64,000 bases of DNA from Podarcis liolepis (Eukaryota): the NCBI GenBank assembly GCA_965112155.1, contig OZ218102.1; one strand, given 5' to 3'. The notes beneath the pieces were generated by a model. The model searched no databases and was not told the DNA's origin. It saw only the letters and a program-made list of their open reading frames with translations. This document shows positions 25,805 to 39,319 of this stretch, in pieces; position 1 is the first letter of the stretch, and each line of letters begins with the position of its first letter. The position numbers and the translations under genes are program-made.

Positions 25805-26754
25805 CAACGGGGCTCCTGTTACTTCCGTATCATAGCAGAATTATCCTTAAAAACTGATCCAAGTGCCTCATGCTCCTAGACTTAGCCAAGCCAGAGAATA
25901 ATTATTTCTCAACAACTTCCAATAATAGATAAACAATTCCCATCTGCCCAAATGCTTTCCCCCCTAAGTGAACAAAAGCCTCTGACCTTCTAAAAGCAAA
26001 TCCATTAGCTATGTATTTCTACTCCCTTAAAAATTCAACAAACATTGTGACACTCGGGATGATAGCTCTAGACAATGTTTATCATATTCCTAAAGCTACC
26101 ACCTGGTTAACCATTTGTATTGCCCCCATTTTAATAAAGGGGAAAGTCTGAATTAGGTGCAACTCATTCTCATAGAAACTGAATTTTCATAGAAACAGCA
26201 GGCAACCAAATGTTTTAGAATATTACATCCAGCAGAAGGATGTGATTAAGATGCAGCTGGACAGTTGAATGATCTTAGGAAAAATTTCCATTTTGTCCCC
26301 ACACCATATACCGTATATGCACGGCCAGACCTGCCACTGATATACGGTAAGTTGTACCTATGACATTGACTTAAAAACAGAACTATACCGGGTTTTAGAT
26401 TTGGGGGAATTAAACCCCTTCTTTATAAAAATTAATTGTGCCAAGCATTTATTAGTACAGTAGTTAAAAGTTATGTTCCAAGATGTTGAACAACTGTACA
26501 GTTCCTGCTAATGTATTCCTAGGGGAAGGTACTATTCACCAAAATCTACACAGTTATTACTAGGAAATCATTACTCCCACAAATCTTTTTAACTCCTGAT
26601 AATTATGGGTGCTTTAAAAAGTTGTGAAGTTAAACAGTTGCCATCCTGTATTGTTTTGCCACATGCTATGGAAATCTGATGTACAATATCGACGCACTCC
26701 ATCTGTTCTGCTGGATTGATCCGCTGAGGAGATTCTTTATAGAAACCTGCTTAC

Positions 26755-27005
26755 CCCTGCTGGCGCTGTATGCATGAAAGGGGAGAAAACACTTTCTTCT
26801 CCTTGTTCTCTTGTGTGGTGGTCGACCCCGTCTTCCTCCCCATTAAAACACTTCCTGCTGCCACACATCTCACAGGATTTATATTGTTTTGATTCCTTTC
26901 AAACACTGACTTGTTACCAACATCTGACAACAGTCTCTTGGGCTGGCGTGATTTTACACACTGACCAGGTCCGTAATGCTCTATAAATCCCTCATGGATA
27001 GAAAG
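26755..27005 (-). CDS. Candidate 251-nt internal coding exon of an unidentified gene
   Basis: Acceptor acatttttacag and donor GG|GTAAGC. Only one frame is open: LSIHEGFIEHYGPGQC...VFSPLSCIQRQQG. CpGs are retained and it is not TE-like. Confidence 0.6.
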
Positions 27006-27329
27006 CTGTAAAAATGTCTCACTGTCCATTAAATTGCACAGTAGCCCCCTTTTTATTACATAAATAGTCATGTGTGTTCCACATTTGGAGCTTGGGGAGG
27101 CTGAAAAAGCTTCTACTACTTTTAATGAACTTTTCATATCAGCAAATCTTGCTTGGTCACTGTGAAACCTAGTTTAGAGAAGCCATGGTGGTGGTCTTAT
27201 TATTCCCTACTACTGTCACATATGGGAAGACCTCACAATGAGGAGTTTGCTATACTGACCACAACTGTAAATTTTCCTACATGATTTAATAACTTTTACC
27301 TGTGCTTAAAGAAAAGAGACATTTAAAAC

Positions 27330-27890
27330 CAACAATTCCTCATCAAACTGGAAGGAGGTTTCCAGTGAAGTACCGTGGGACTCTGGTTTGAGCCCAGTAT
27401 GCTTCACTGTCTTCTGTCAATGATGTAGGAATAGAGAGAATCCTTATCAAATCTACAGCTGGCATAAAACTGGGAGCAACAGTTAACATCTCAGGAGAAT
27501 AAACTTAAAAATGACTTTGAGAGAATGGAAAACTGGCCTAAAGCAAATGAACAAAATGAAATCCAGGTACAAGATGGGGGACATCTGGCTCGGCAGCAGT
27601 ACATGCAAAAACGATTTGGGGGTTGTTACTGATCAGAAGCTGGACTGATGGGTGATGCAGGTGCAAAAATGGGTGATGCAGGTGCAAAAATAGCAAATGC
27701 AATTTTAACCTACGCTAGAAGAACCATAATGTCCAAGTCATGAGAACTAACAGTCCCACTTAACACTAATCAGATATCATATGGGCTACTTCTGTGCATC
27801 ACACTTTAAGAGAGCAATGCAAACAAAATGGAATGAGTTCTGAGAAGAGCAATATGGGAAATAAGAACTATATGGAAAGATTGAACATAA
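27330..27890 (+). mobile_element. Old CR1 ORF2 fragment (continues at about 28734-29010)
   Basis: Degenerate RT motifs (LIK.....KLG) and CR1-like downstream sequence. Confidence 0.65.
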
Positions 27891-28732
27891 TGGGTGGATA
27901 GTGGATGGTTCCCCAGACCGGATGGGTGGGAGATCACCTGCTCTTGATAGGGTTACACTTCCTTTGAAGGAGCAGGCTCGTAGCTTGGGCATACTCCTGG
28001 ATCTTTGCAGTCGCTCGAGGCTGAGATGGCCCAGAGTACCTTCCCTCAGCTTCAGCTGGTGGCCCAGCTATGCCCCTATCTGGACAGGGATCACCTAACT
28101 ACTGTTGTCTATGCTCTGGTAACCTCAAGGTTAGATTACTGCAATGAGTTATACGTAGGGCTGCCCTCTGAAGACGGTTCAGAAACTTCAGCAAGATGGT
28201 TTGAGCATATTACACTGATCCTGGTCCAACTGCACGGGTTACCAATTAGTTTCCAGGCCCAATTGAAAGTGCATTAATAAAGCATTAAATGACCCAGGAC
28301 CGCAGTACCTCAAAGACAGCATCTTTCCATATGAACCTACCCAGACCCTGAGATCATCTTCTGAGGCCCTTCTTCGAGAGGTCCGGAGGGTGGCAACACG
28401 AAAACGGGCCTTCTCTGCAGTGGTTCTCCATCTGTGGAGTGCTTTCCCTAGAGAAGTTTGCCTGGCACCTTCATTATACACCTTTAGGTACCAGGCAAAA
28501 ATGTTCCTTTTTAACTAGGCCTTTGCTTGATTTGATTGACATCCTATGCCCTTTTAAAATGTGGGGTGGTTTTGGGTGGAAGGGGCGCACTATTGGGTTG
28601 TTGCTTTTATTTTATATATTTTGTGGTTTTATATTTTGATTTTATTCTGTGAACCACCCTGAGACCTCCGGGTATAGGGAGGTATATAAATTCAATCAAT
28701 CAATCAATCAATCAATGAATCAATCAATCAAT
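27891..28732 (+). mobile_element. L2 LINE 3' portion nested in CR1, with (TCAA)n tail
   Basis: VTSRLDYCNELYVGLP and LHGLPI motifs; closely similar to the minus-strand copy at 46780-47828. Confidence 0.88.
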
Positions 28733-31264
28733 CTGCTGTCATGTAGAAGAGGAGTAAGATTTATTCTCTGCTGTCCCTGAGGGTAAAACAAGATCTAATG
28801 GGCTGCAGCTACAGGGTAGTAGATTTCAAAGGAACATTAATAGGAACGTATGGAAAGTGAGAGCATTTTGACAAGGGAACCAAGGTTCTTCCTTGCTGGA
28901 ATTATTATTGAGGCAGAGGCTGGACAGTTTTCACTTTAAAATGCTCTAGCCCTGGATTTCAAGCACTGAACAGCAGGCTGATCCTTCCAGTTCCCGGATT
29001 CTATAATCTTCAATGAGCACATTGACTATTTACTTATGAAAAGGTGCAGGCTGCTTTTCTGCATAAAGTATATTCAAAGCATTGGAAAAAAACAGCAGTA
29101 AAAATATGGTAAGAAAATCAATCCAAATGACAATCAATAAAATAGACTAATATTCTGTTCCATTCATTCCCAGGTATTGGCAGATTAAAGGTTTTGAATA
29201 CTCTAAAGCTGCAGGATCCACTGATCCACTCAGATGACAGCCAGTCTTTGCCATGTGGCAAAGTCATAAAGAAATGTTTCCACTGAAGGAAGGAAGTACC
29301 ACAGAGCATAGTGGGATTTTACAGTTACTTCATTTTACTACACACTATATTGCTATGACTATATTGCAGGAATTACCACAGGAATACTACTGTCAAATCC
29401 AAAACAGTTTGCAAAGACAGTTGAATGAAATAAGAAAATGAGAGTGACAGAGAGAACAAAAATGGTTAACAGTAGGGCTGTTGCTTTTCCCAAGCGCAGC
29501 AAACTGAGCCTAATTGAGGCTGACGCATGACAGACTCGTGTGTACGGTATTGCCCAGGCACTGACTGAAGCTGCTGACAGAGGGTAAATGGTGCATGGCA
29601 GTCGGTCTTGCCCTGGCCTGGCATGGCAACATCAGCGCACACTGCCTGTCAGGAGATATCATGAGGGCTAATGAAGGGCAGCCCATATTTTTAAAATTCT
29701 CCTCACTTAGTTTTGGTTCAGACTTTAACACCATGAAGCCTTCTCAACCTTGTAGTGCTTGGTTAAGGATATGTGACACTTATTTAAAAATTAATGTGTT
29801 CTAATCAATTTAAAGTTAGACAACTAAAAGCTGGTAGCTCTGTGGGTATGCATGTGTTAGAGGAGAACAATGTGAGGCACTGGGGGCGGGGGGAGAGCCC
29901 AGAATAGAGAATTAACCAACTATAGTTAAGAAATTCATAGCGCTATTCATTTATTAATTGCAAAGAAACAAGGAAGAATAAAAGTCAGCTAAAGAAAGAC
30001 ATCTATCAACATTATGTAGGGAAGATCCTTGATTTCAGGGGAAAAGGTTCATGCCATGCAGTTTACCCGACATTATTTTTGAGACCCTGATTCATGCATA
30101 TACATACTTATCTCCATTGAAGATTAAAATTACATATGGAAACTTTATCTGACCAAAATCTTTTAACTGTTTCACCAGAATACTGAAAGCCAAATACACA
30201 AAATTTAATTTTGGAACAATTCACGTTTCTTCCCTCACATAAACTAGGGTTACACTGCAATAGAGACAACTTTATTGTATGGGGGAAATACGGTGGAAAT
30301 GTACTTAACTAGGCATTAAGAGGGGAAGTATTTCTTAACAGTTTACAAATATCTACAACTACTGTTTAGGTAGAGTTTATTTGTTTATTTATTGGATTTC
30401 TATACCACCCTTCATCAAAAGATCTCAGGGCAGTCCTGCAATTAAATTTTCATTACAGGATAAGAATTTATTTCATAAAATAATAGATAAAGACTATGTA
30501 CAAACTATGTATACCTTTAAAGCACATTTGAATCACATTCATTCCTTCAAAGAATTCTGGGTACTGAGGTTTGTTAAAGATAGCTGAGAATTGTAACACT
30601 CTGAGGGCTAAACTACAGTGCCCAGAATTCTGTGAGAGAAAGAAACTCAAAAGCTATGAAGGAGTAAGGGAAAATATGTGTACAATTAATCATAATTGTA
30701 AGAAGTGCTAAAATGCCCATCTCTCTCTTCAAGAGAGTGGGCAATATAAATGAATAAAAACACACTTTGATGAAAATAAGACTGTGTTCCATACATTTAT
30801 CATCAAACCACAAAAGAAATTCAGAGCAAGAGCAATGTCAGGTTTACCATACTACCCATCAAATTTCTTCAATGAATTTCACTTTCGGAGTAAAAACATT
30901 ACTGGAACATGAACATATGTGCAAAGATTACTGAACAGTTGATAGGGGGACAGCTTTCAGTATCTTGCTGAGAAATGGCCAACTAGTAGCTTGCTGGCAA
31001 GTGACCATCACCATCTTTAGGACAATTTAGCTGAAAAGCAGAGCCTAGGGTCATGTTTTTAATAAGCCCTCCCCCCTTACATTGGGGAATTCTGGCTGGT
31101 CAGAGAAAATCTGTTCCACCACTTTTCTTTTCACTAGTAGGTTTAATTTCTGGGAGTCATAAAGAATATTGTGTTGAGGCAAAGGCCGTTGTCACTAGAT
31201 TCCAAGCTTGCCTGGGAAGAATTCAGCCTCCCTGATAAAGATATTAGCCATCTATGATCTAGCC

Positions 31265-31400
31265 CAGGCATAGGCAAACTTGGCCTTCCAGATGTTTTGG
31301 GACTACAATTCTCATCATCCCTAGCTAACAGCAGCACTGGTCAGGGGTGATGGGAATTGTAGTCCCAAAACATCTGGAGGGCCGATTTTGCCTATGCCTG
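31265..31400. mobile_element. Short palindromic hAT-type MITE
   Basis: TIR CAGGCATAGGCAAA; perfect 8-bp TSD ATCTAGCC. Confidence 0.92.
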
Positions 31401-32074
31401 ATCTAGCCCGTCAATTTGCTCTACTTCAGATTCTAAGAGTTCAGGACCCTACCAGTTAATTCTGTGCTATTAATATAATAATCACAAACAGAACAAAATA
31501 AAAATGAAGCACCCTTTACCACAACTTCTTATTCTTGTCCAAATTTTAACTTAGATGGCTTCATTGTAAATGCAATTACTTGAAATGATAAAATATTCAG
31601 CTCCTTTTTGTGTGACTTCAGCTTATCTAGGATATTTTTTTAAGTACTAATATAAAGTAATAAAGGCAGGAATATAGAGAATAAATGTTAAATGCTTTTA
31701 GGATTTTTTATTTTATACCTCAGCATGAATAAGTAGTAGTACCAGCTACTCTGGTCTTTAACATTATGCCATACTATTATTATTTTATTATTATTAACAT
31801 TTGTAATGTGCTTTCAAGTATTCAAAGTGATTCACATGCGTTATCAAGTTGTAATCCGCACAATAACCCTGTGTGTTAAGTCAATATTATAATTTCTGAT
31901 ATTGCAATTGTTGAACCCCCAGAACAGATTTAGAGGGCTTGCAGGGGCAGAAGAGTAGGAGACTTTTCACTTATAATAACCATAGATTTAATTTCAAGCA
32001 TGTGCTTTTGTATTCGGCTAGCTGCATGAATAGGTATTTGTGTGTACCTCTTTAAAAAGAAAATGTTAACTCAC

Positions 32075-32091
32075 CTTGCTTGCAAGCAACT
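32075..32091 (-). CDS. Candidate 17-nt micro-exon
   Basis: Acceptor gtattccctgcag and consensus donor AAG|GTGAGT; reads (E)LLASK and is phase-compatible with the 49079 and 27005 exons. Confidence 0.4.
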
Positions 32092-33058
32092 CTGCAGGGA
32101 ATACATTTAACAGTTTTAACCCTTGCATTAGGGAGTGGAAATTGCTGTATATTTTTGTAATCTCTATAAATGCTTAATAGATGTGGCCCCAGGTCTTAGT
32201 TTACTTAGTTTAAAAATGGTCCAGAATGTCTTTTTTGTAACTTGGGAGGAAGAGGTGAACACCTGCAGCCAATATAAAGGAAAAACAAATGGCATAAACT
32301 CATTTTATTAGTTCCAAAAATCTGCTTCTATGGCAGGTCTGTGATTTCAACTTACGGGGAATAGTCTGATTTCCTACATGCCCCACATTAACTCAATTCA
32401 TGTAGTTTGTTACAGTTTCACAGGCCTGAAGGAGGAAATATCTAATCTCTAAGGAGATGGGTAACATACTATAAATGTTCGACACCTGATCTTGGCTTCT
32501 AAGATGGAATTTCCAAATTTAGCACTTGCAAACTCACTTCTTGGAGTTGGCAGACTTCATATTAGTCCTGTGATATAGAAGCTTGCAGTGAGCTAATGAA
32601 CAAGGAATGTTTATTAGGAGCTACTATAAAGCTCAAACAGAAAGCTAGTATTGTTTATAATTATGGAAATATAAGTATGAAAAGGTAGAGCAAAACTCCA
32701 AATTCAAACAATGTCCAGATGGCACTTTCTGTCCAGAGTCTCCACCCTCCCAGCATTCTCATCTTTCTGTATAGAGAAAGTAGCAAAGAACTTGTGCTGT
32801 ATTGTCTTTATATTTCAAGATGGATAGATACTAAAAGGGAAACAGAAATGCAGCATATTTACTTATTAAACGAAACCCTTAAATAAATTGATTGTAGGAA
32901 AACATCTGAATGGCTTACAAAAATAAAGCAAAATGTTAAGATTATGAAAACAGTTAGAAACAGGCATTTACAAACATTTTTTAAAAAAATTTAAATCACC
33001 AGTAGCTAAAAAGAGATAAAACACATTAACTTCTACCTGTTTGGAGGGGCTTGCCAAA

Positions 33059-33244
33059 CAGGGGCAGACTTTGCTCTTTCAAATTTCAGTGGTGCCCTGT
33101 GTGAGGCCAAAATTTGGTGACCCTCTGCCTCTTGCCTTCTGTTCCGCTCAATCCGCTATATCACGATTGTGGCGCCCTGTGGCGCCCCCTAAGCTCAGCG
33201 CCTAGTGCAGCTCAACCGGTTGTGCTGCCCTAAATCTGCCTCAG
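33059..33244. mobile_element. Degenerate hAT-like MITE
   Basis: CAGGGGCAGACTT...AAATCTGCCTCAG ends with internal GGCGCCC motifs. Confidence 0.55.
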
Positions 33245-33559
33245 TGCCTAAACGCAAATCTTTTAAGCAGGCACAAAAAATAATACAACTAAGGTCTAAG
33301 GTCAATAGGCAGGGAAGTCCAAACTGTAGGTGCTGCTGAACTAAAATATCACTTTTTTCCAAGTGCTGGATATATAAGCCATAACATGTGCTCACGTGGA
33401 TATATATGCAGTAAGGCAATCCCACAAGTAAACTAGCTCTGAGCTCTTAAGTGTAGCATTGTGGACAGGATAGTGCCTTGTTGCATCCATCATGTAACTG
33501 CCAGGGGACAGAAAACACATTCTCCCAGTGCTATTCTCTGATCTCAGCCCCAAAGGTAG

Positions 33560-33807
33560 AGCCAGTGTGGTGTAGTGGTTAAGAGCGGTGGCCTCGTAAT
33601 CTGGTGAACTGGGTTCGCGTCTCCGCTCCTCCACATGCAGCTGTTGGGTGACCTTGGGCTAGTCACACTTCTTTGAAGTCTCTCAGCCTCACTCACCTCA
33701 CAGAGTGTTTGTTGTGGGGGAGGAAGGGAAAGGAGAATGTTAGCCGCTTTGAGACTCCTTCGGGTAGTGATAAAGCGGGATATCAAACTCTACTTCTTCT
33801 TCTTCTT
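33560..33807 (+). mobile_element. Full-length tRNA-derived SINE (Squam3-like)
   Basis: A box TGGTGTAGTGG, B-like box GGTTCGCGTC, (CTT)n tail, 9-bp TSD CAAAGGTAG. Confidence 0.9.
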
Positions 33808-35100
33808 CAAAGGTAGGACCAGAAAGAGCCACTTTAACACGGTGCTTCCAAATCCATTTCCATGAAGCCATGCAACTGCTGATTAGAATGCCATAGTCAA
33901 TGGGACAGAAAACTGCAGAGAGACAAGGAAGGAGGAGCAAGGCTTCACTCCCTTGTTACACTCTCTATAAAGATCTTCCATCAGGGTGACCAAGGACAAC
34001 ATAATCCTATGGCCAGATGTGAACTCGGACTGGAATGGATCTAAATAATTTTTGTCATCCAAGGATGTACAATTTGCTCACTACTTTCCTTGCACTGTAA
34101 CATGGCATTGGAAGGGACTGGCACATGGAAGCTTGAATCTCTTATAAGGTTGAGATTTGCACTGAGAAAGTGTTAGCAGAACAGGACCTTATTTACATTG
34201 CCTTAAATCTGTTTAGCTCAGAGTGTCTCCTCAGGGTTTACTGTAATAATACTAGAATCTGTAAGGTCACTGCTATGTTTTGAGGCTCAGGTCAGTTTTC
34301 TCTCTTATGATCCATTGTAAAGTTGTTGTTGTTAATTTTTTTTTAGTAGGCAAATGTTATTGACATCAATAGGATTTGTATGTGCAGGATCAGTCATTTT
34401 AAGCGCCGGATATTATACTTCATGGTTTCTAATATCGCTATTTCCATGCTAGCTGGCAGAACCAGCCAGTAAATTACTGTCAGGATTCCAAGACATTTAC
34501 ATACCTTAGGCATGAGCAACCAATTGGAACCTTTAATCTTTAACAAGTTACTGCTCAGTGACATAATAATGAATAAAATGAAGAGTAATGATGTTGGCCA
34601 CAAAGCTTAGCAAATAAACATTTTACACAAATCTAACAATTCCTGACTAGCTCAGCACACGGAATTCATTTTCACGGACCATTGCTGACTCTACTCAACT
34701 TGTGGTAAACCACTCTGACATTCTTCTACCATTGTTTTCTGTTCAGGGCAAGCACCTGTCATTGTTTCCGAGCTGAGGCCCATGCGTTACAAATAGCTAG
34801 GGTAAAGACAGCCTTCCATTTCAGTATTCTTAAAAGAGAGGTTTTGAGAAAGATTCTTGGTATTCATGTCAAGGAAGTTTTAGAAAACCATCCCCAGAAC
34901 TATTGACAGAAACTTTCATTTGTTTTAAATCTGATTGTATAGTTTGGCTTATCAGCACTGACAGGACAAGGTCATAGACCACATTCTGTTGTTATTCCTG
35001 CTCTCACCAAGAACATACAATTAAGTCACCTAAAATAAAATTCTGTCAATGTCAAAAAACCCCTAGCAGATCACTAACAACAACGGCAAAGAAGACTCAC

Positions 35101-35115
35101 CACTCACAGAATGTT
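35101..35115 (-). CDS. Possible 15-nt symmetric micro-exon
   Basis: Acceptor cttgcactaccactgccag and donor G|GTGAGT; phase 1-1, reads (E)HSVS. Splice signals only. Confidence 0.2.
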
Positions 35116-36039
35116 CTGGCAGTGGTAGTGCAAGAATATGTCTAACCTAGCAACCTAGTCTAACCCTTGGTGATAATAAAGATTGGCATGTCCATATCTT
35201 TTCTTGTTTTGTAAAAAACAAACTATGCTGTAAAAAGTATCAAATTCTGTTTTAGGGAAGCTACTGAAATAATAGGTATAAAGAGCACAAGATAATGCAT
35301 GCTTCCCTTCACCTGTTACAAAGAAGTCACAACAACAATAAAGTGATTAGGAAATAAAACAAGAGAAATAAAATAAGTGATTAGGTTTTTTATCCTTTTG
35401 CCGGCTTAGGCTACCGTGTTAAAAAAGCTTCAGCATAGTGTTAAACACAGCAAGACCTTCAGAGACAGAAAAGTTATCAAAATTCATACTGCCCACTCCC
35501 TGGCATTCTGGTTCCCTTAACAAATTATTGTATGCCGCATCATTATCTCCTTCACATCATTTTCGGATTTCTGATCTAGCAGCCCCTTGTCACTCATCCC
35601 ACTTAGTTCTGTGGCTTCCACTTGTAATTAAATGCATTTTAATTCTCCTTCCTTGGATATGCTAAGCAGTTCACTCTTTTGGATCTTTCCCCCTACCTGC
35701 CCTTATTAGAAATTAGCTCTGGGACCCAGATTCTGCTTGTCAAAGGAACTGGCCATCTGGGGTAAAATACAACTGTCACCCACATTTCTTCAACACCCCC
35801 CCAAAAAACCCCTTGTTTTTCCAGTAAAAGAGGAATTTGGCAACTACATTTTTAAAAAATCATATGCCCTTCCATCCCTGTTCTGTTAAGATCAGTATTT
35901 TCACTTGTTTAAACTATTCAGTAATTCAGACTGATTTACATCCAATGCTTCTGGTTCCTATATTCCTAAAGTAGGGAAATATCAATTTGACGCTCTTAGA
36001 AATTTCTAAGTCAGAAATTTCTTTTTGATGCTTAGTTAG

Positions 36040-37443
36040 ATGCTTAGTTAGAATCTCCTTTCTTGTAACTTGAAATCATTGGTTCAGGTCCTAGCCTCCA
36101 GAGCAGGAGAAAACAAGCTTGCCCCATCTTCCATGTGACAGCCCTTTAGATATTTGAAGTTGGTTATCAAATCTCCTTTTAAGTCTCCTCTTTTCCAGGC
36201 TAAACATACCCAATCGCCTCAACCATTCTTCATAGGGCTTGGTTTCCAAACCTTTGATCATTTTGGTTGCCCTCATTGGCACAAATTCCAGCTTCTCAAT
36301 ATACTTCTTAAACCAGGGGTCAGCAAGGTTTATCTTGCCTGGGCTGGATCAGTTCCACGGAGATCCCTCCGTGGGCCAGATTGCACGTGCATAGATGTAA
36401 TTTCCGGTGTCTGTGTATGCGCAGAAGTGATTTTCAGCACCGTGGAAGCTAGTCCTTGTGCTGCGCCAGTTTAGCGCAGCGCCCGAGTGGGCAACTCGGT
36501 TTGGGGGCGGCTCATGGGCCGGTCAAACGACCACCGCAGGCCACTTCCAGCCCATAGGTCTTAGGTTGCTGACCCCTGTCTTAAACTGTGGTGCACAAAA
36601 CAGGACACAGTAATCTAGGTTTGGTCTGACCACGACAGAATAGAGAAGGACTTTTACATTCCTTGATTGGGACACTATACTTCTGCTGAAGCAACCTAAA
36701 AGAGCATTAGCTTTTTTTGCTCCAGCATCACACTGTTGACTTACGTTAAGCTTGTGGTCTATAAAGACCCCTAGATTCTTTTCACATGTACTACTAGCAG
36801 CCAGATGTCCCACATCTTGTATTTGTGCAACTGATTCTTCCTACCTAATTGTAGAACTTTACATTTGTCCCTATTGATGTTCATTTTGTTAGTTCAGCCC
36901 CAGTTCTCTAATCTGTTAAGATCATCTTGAATCACAATTCTGCCTTCATCAGCAATGGCTACTCCTAGTTTAGTGTCATCTGCAAATTTGATGAGCACGC
37001 TCTTCATTCTTTCATCAAAGTTGTTTATAAAGATATTGAACAACAACAGGCCAGGACAGAACCCTGAGGCACCCCAATTACCCTTTTTTTCCAGGATGAT
37101 GAGGAACCATTAGTGAGCACTCACTGGGTTGGTCAGCAAACCAGCTACAAATCCACCTAACAGTTACCTCGTCCAATCCACATTTTACCAGCTTCTCTGC
37201 AAGAATACAATGAAGGACTTTGTCAAAAGCCTTACTGCAGTCAAGATACACTACATCCACAGCATTCCCCTGATCCACCAAGACTGTAACTATAAAAAAG
37301 AAATGTGATTAGTCTGACATAACTTGTTTTTGAGAAAAACATACTGGTTCTTAGTAATCACAGCATCCTTTTCTAAGTGCTCATAGACCAACTGTTTAAT
37401 TATATGTTCTACGACCTTTCCTGGTATTGATGTCAAGCTCACC
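36040..37443 (-). mobile_element. CR1 LINE ORF2 (RT) fragment, frameshifted
   Basis: VDVVYLDCSKAFDKV, GVPQGSVL, LIKFADDTKL and RATKMIKGLE motifs. Confidence 0.92.
36314..36578. mobile_element. hAT MITE inserted in CR1
   Basis: TIR CAGGGGTCAGCAA; perfect 8-bp TSD TCTTAAAC. Confidence 0.93.
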
Positions 37444-37899
37444 ATTCGGTTTCACCTCTAATTTCAGCAGAGTTCAGTCTGAAAGTTAAAGGTTTCATTT
37501 CGATGTCCATTATCATTCAATGTCGTCTTTGGTGAGAGGAGCACAAGACTCATTCCCTTATGAATCAGGGCACAAGTGCCAGATTTTCATCAGTTAAATT
37601 AAACTGTACAGTATGAAGGAAAACTGAGCCAATGATTGTCAGGTGAATAAAGAAGAGCACAAAGGAGCCTAGTGATTTACAGTTACCCAACTGTTTCATG
37701 GAGCTAAATTTGTCAGAAATGTAGCTTCTGAAGTCCATCATGCAGTAGTCTGTTCCCAAAAGAACACCATTCTTTGTGAATTAATCTCACTTACTTATTC
37801 CCTCTCCCACATTCTCTGCAGATTTTTAACAACTACTCAGCTAAAATGCCAATGAAATGTGTAACTAACTATACAATGAACACTACAGTTAAAGAAGAT

Positions 37900-38530
37900 G
37901 TTTTGTGAGTCCCCTGAAGGTTACACCAAAGTACTCAGGATGGTGAAATTCAAGCAGACTGTGAAGGAATCTCTATTTAAAAAAAGGACGAAGGGGCAAC
38001 AAAACTGCCAATATGGTCATATGTACATAAACATAAAGTGATGCACACTGGGTTGGGGTGACTCTTATTTTGCATATGGATGGATGGGGTTTGAACTCGA
38101 GAGACCAACTAGGAAAGAGATCCTAGGTTTGCTCAATAAAAATGTTGATCCAGTGTGCAGCAGCAAAAAAGAAAAAGAAAAAAGGCAAATATATGCTAGG
38201 GATTTTAAAAGAAAGTTATATAAAAAACAAATCTGCCAGTATCATAATGGCCTTGTACAAATATATAATGTGACCACACTTAGAATATTGTGTGTAGCTA
38301 TGGTTGCCAAATCTCAAAAATTCTATTGCAGAGCTGGAAAAAGTTGAGTAGAGTGACTAAAATTATCAAGGGGCTCACATCTCACCTTTCCCACGAGGAA
38401 AGGTTTTAATATTATACCACTGGACACTATTTAGTTAAAAAAAGGCATTGTCTAAAGGCAAAATATGATAGAAATTTATAAAAGTATACGTAACGCAAAA
38501 AAGGAGAGAGGGAGAGCAAAAGAAAGAGCA
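37900..38530 (+). mobile_element. Old CR1 ORF2 fragment
   Basis: Degenerate KVMH.G and PHLEYCV-like motifs. Confidence 0.6.
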
Positions 38531-39319
38531 AGAAGTTCTCTTTCATATACAACTTATGCTGGGGTTATGTTTCAGAGATTGAGCCTAGACCCAAAATTGC
38601 ATATAGAATAGCTTTCCCCATGCTTGAGTATCTACATGTTGTTGGACCGCCATCTTTTCGTATTTTGGAGACATGGATCACAATAGGATACTGAGTGTAT
38701 GCAAATTTCAGATGAAAACTCTGCATTTCCCCAAATATGGATAAAAATTTATAAAACAGGTTGTGTTATATATGCCCCACACCTTACCTAATATTTAGGT
38801 TTTCAACCATACCCATTTTAACAGATACAAAACTGCAGTGTCCCTCCCATCTCAAGTTGATACCACTTATGCAGCAAATTTTGTTTTCTAAAAATACCAA
38901 CGATTGAATTTTTGGTCAATATCTATTTGAGTGAAATTACCTTACAGGACAAACTATAAACTGCATCTCAAACTGTGACTGCAGAATAGATCTGAAAATG
39001 TCTTCCACAGAAGCACGCCCAGGATGACAAAGATACATACTGCTTAGGTATCAGGCATTCTAAGAGGGCTCACAGTGAGAACTCAGGGTACAACCAAAGA
39101 AAGGGAGCAGAACCCCACCCAGGTCTTGCTGATTCCTTTTGAAGCTGGGAAGTGAAGGGGACACTTACAAGCACAGCAAGGGTAGGCGAGAGAAAAGGAA
39201 ACTTCTCCACCCTCGATTCACTCCAAGTTACTTCCAGTTATATAGCCTCACAGGAGAAAATATATAGCTGGGGGAAGCAATTTTGCGGGGAGGGAAATAG
39301 TTGCCTGGTTCTGCAACTA

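Noticed and set aside
33560-33635. tRNA gene
   Set aside because: The pol III boxes belong to a SINE head with body, tail and TSD; the same applies to 14942.
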